Assembly (NCBI GenBank): GCA_964658305.1
Contig: OZ210885.1
Span: forward strand, 19,282,001 to 19,346,000
Direction of reading: 5' to 3'
From: Leptogorgia sarmentosa
Lineage: Eukaryota
DNA length: 64,000 nt
The notes below the pieces were generated by a model, which was not told the DNA's origin, ran no database searches, and worked only from the letters and a program-made list of their open reading frames with translations. Below are positions 61,404 to 64,000 of this stretch, one piece after another (within the stretch, counting starts at the first letter, position 1; every line of letters starts with the position of its first letter). A program made the position numbers and the translations under genes.

Positions 61404-62953
61404 ATGTTTGCACGTAGAAAAGCTCAAATAGATTGGAAGTCTGTAGACGGGGCGTTTACAAAACCGAGGCGATTGCATTTGGTGAAAGGCAGCGATGGCT
61501 TACATCATTGTCCATCTAGCTTGTGAACATTCAGGATTTGGCAGTCAAAGAGGCTGTCGTAAACATGTTAAAACTATACATGCATGGTATTACTATTTTG
61601 ACAAAAAGCCCGAAGTGTGCCTTTCGCCGCTTGCAATCGCCGAAACGCAGCGAAGATCTGGTAAAGCAGTCCCGGGCTGTTCCACAGATAATGACTTTGG
61701 TAGATCGTTTTCAAAATGGCTTCAAAGCAGCTGTGGCGGCGTCAAATCTGCCACACAATCGGACGTTTCGGTTAACCGAGCATTAAAGTTCACAAAGTTT
61801 TGTTGTGACGAGAATGGCGAGGGCGAAGAAGACGTGCTCAATGCACCTAATCTCATCGATTACGCCTTGGGGTCTCCTCAACTAGTAACAAAGTTTGTGG
61901 ACGCTCTCAAAGAGAAGTGGTGTATTGGACACTCAGGACAAATTGGGTATGTCGCAAGTATTTCTGATTTACTAGATTTTCGCAAATTCAATCGTCCCCC
62001 TGCAACGGTGCTTCAAAACTTTGCAGTTACCGAAGTGTATGTAAAGAGAGCGCGGAAGTATTTAGCCAAAGACATGATATCAAATTGGACCACCGAACTG
62101 GGTATAGAAACCCTCGAATCCCGTAGAAGTTGGGCAACTATTTCCGAAATACAATTTGTCATTCAATTTCACGAGGACCGTTATAAATCTGTATTAGAAA
62201 ATTGTATGATATCACCTTCTACAGTCAAAACAGGGGACGTGACATTTGCCACCAGATTCGTTGCAGCTTACATGTTCCTCAAAGTGAAAGGTTGCCGCCC
62301 AATGACCTACCAACATCTCACCTTGCGAATGTTTGAATGTGCGAAAAGAAACGAAGGAATAGTGGATCAGAAGTATTCAAGTCCGCTAAAACGTATGGGT
62401 TTGACAGTGTTTACTTTGACGAATGCAGCATCCAGTTACTGGAAAAGTATATAGCGTATGTAAGGCCCCTTCTCACACCCACTTGCGACTATGTGTTGGT
62501 GAATCGAAACGGTAAACAGTTCCAAAAACTTTCTAATCTTTTGAGTGTATTGGTGTTTGAAGCAATAGGAAAATACATTCATCCAACTAGGTACAGACAG
62601 ATCATCGAAACAGAAAGTGAAGATCCCGTGAAGTGGCCATGACAGGACGCGAGTGCATGAAAAAATTAATTGAGAGAAGTAATAGTTCACAGAGAGAAGA
62701 TGAGCATGAACAACAGCCCTCGTCTGGCCCCACACATGTTGGCGAAGACACGCCCATCGTTTCCAGCCCGAAAAAAGCCAAATATACCCGAGGCCCTCGC
62801 TTCACAGGTGAGGAAGATAACGCCATACGCTTGGGCATTGCAAAGTTCGGTTTTTGTTGGACAAGGATATTACGCCATCCAGAATATAACTTTCATGCAT
62901 GTAGAGTGGCAAATACTTTAAGAAAGAGGGCGGAAGCCTTGAAATTAGTGTAA
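61404..62953 (+). pseudogene. Crypton-like tyrosine recombinase with N-terminal C2H2 finger and C-terminal Myb/SANT domain; frameshifted, catalytic His/Tyr segment apparently deleted
   Basis: CP..CEH.GF.SQRGCRKHVKTIH; FLKVKGCRPMTY; FKSAKTYG; IHPTRYRQIIET; RFTGEEDNAIRLGIAKFGFCWTRIL..LRKRA. Confidence 0.72.
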
Positions 62954-62973
62954 TGATTGCGTGTAAACCTTGA

Positions 62974-64000
62974 AGTGCCTATGACATGAAATTTTGGTAC
63001 GTGATTTTTTTCGCTTTTCTAATACTTGTTGATGCGCTGATTATCGTGGTACTATTTATTTTTTAACCAGAGGGCGGGAAAGTGCTTTTATTTGCGTACA
63101 AACGTTGGAATTTTTAATAAAAATTTTCCAGGGGACTGGAACCGAGCGTGACGTCACACGTTAGAGTCAACACTTCTTGTAAACAAGTTGTAGCTTTTAA
63201 TTGCTTTAAACAAAATTGCTGTAGTTTTGACATGTCTGACCGGGAATCTAGCTCCTCGTCTGACAGCAATAGGAGCTACAACGAAAGTAATGATTCCAGC
63301 GGCAGTGGAAGCGACGAACATGTCCTTGCTGGTGATTTTTTGCCATATCAAAACGAGCCTTTGGCTGATGGTAGCAGCGAAAGTGACGACGATGACGAAC
63401 GGGACGAAGATGGGCTCTCTGCGGCCGTTTTAAGGCAGCGTTATGAGAACGAAATTACGGTAGATAAGTGGTAAGTGCTTTTAAAATTACTGTGAAATAT
63501 GATCGCTGTTGTAACACTTCAGTCAATGTTATTTCCGATTTGTAGGTGTACATGTGGTAGTTGTGATAATTTGCTTCTCGTTGGAGCAAGGGAGTACAGA
63601 TGCTGCAAAGAGGTAGCTGAAGCCATTGGAAAGTTTACGTTCATCGGTTTAGATGCTGGATGCATCGTTGAACACCAGGACTATAGCCACCTAACGCATC
63701 GTGCTGTCTTGACCGAGGTAGCGCCACTGTTAAGAGACAAGAATGGCAAACGTTACAAAAAGCAAACTGGGGCCACAGAAAATGAGTAAGAACACGAAGA
63801 ACTCTAATAGTTCAAGTCAATTCAAATAGATATCCATGTTTTTGTATTTTGAAAGTTAAGGGTTCCAATTTGTGATGTATTTTTTCTCATTTATTACAGG
63901 TATTTACGTGCAGTTGCTTATCGATGGATGGCAAAATGGCTTTGGGGGTACATGGGTTTTGAAAACATTAGACCACTTCCTGCTTGTTTGTACAAACGGT
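62974..64000. mobile_element. Second Kolobok element (KolX end), runs off the window
   Basis: TTGA|AGTGCCTATGACATGAAATTTT terminus-like sequence, TGACGTCA at 63149, inward KolX gene. Confidence 0.7.
63232..64000 (+). CDS. KolX (P2X7 C-terminal-like) protein, 3 exons, partial
   Basis: Exons 63232-63470, 63546-63785 and 63900-end join in frame: PYQNEP, WCTCGSC..EYRCCKE, CI..H, LRAVAYRW, RPLPAC. Confidence 0.85.

Overview
Eukaryotic, AT-rich animal DNA (spliceosomal introns; the transposon mix suggests a marine invertebrate such as a cnidarian, which is inference) made almost entirely of nested transposable elements. No conventional host gene is recognisable. Left part: a CR1/L2-group LINE (1498-6900, TSD present) whose RT domain is replaced by a Harbinger fragment with two MADF domains. 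Middle: a ~48 kb interval (7569-55828) bounded by 15-bp TIRs and a target-site duplication, inserted in a small hairpin repeat; its apparent resident gene is an NHL-repeat-containing protein. Nested in it are an Academ-type element, a Crack/L2-type LINE carrying a complete hAT and a MITE, a 183-bp tandem array split by a mariner-type non-autonomous element carrying an apparently intact Kolobok, a KDZ transposase pseudogene ending in a tegument-DUB-like protease domain with a UCA-anticodon tRNA-like sequence in an intron, two nested Gypsy elements, a Penelope end with a hammerhead ribozyme, and a young Gypsy with a -1 frameshift signal. Right part: CaRF/MULE-like remnants, a G-rich tract, a Crypton-like tyrosine recombinase with C2H2 and Myb domains, and the start of a second Kolobok. 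Boundaries were read by eye and family calls come from motif recognition, not database searches.
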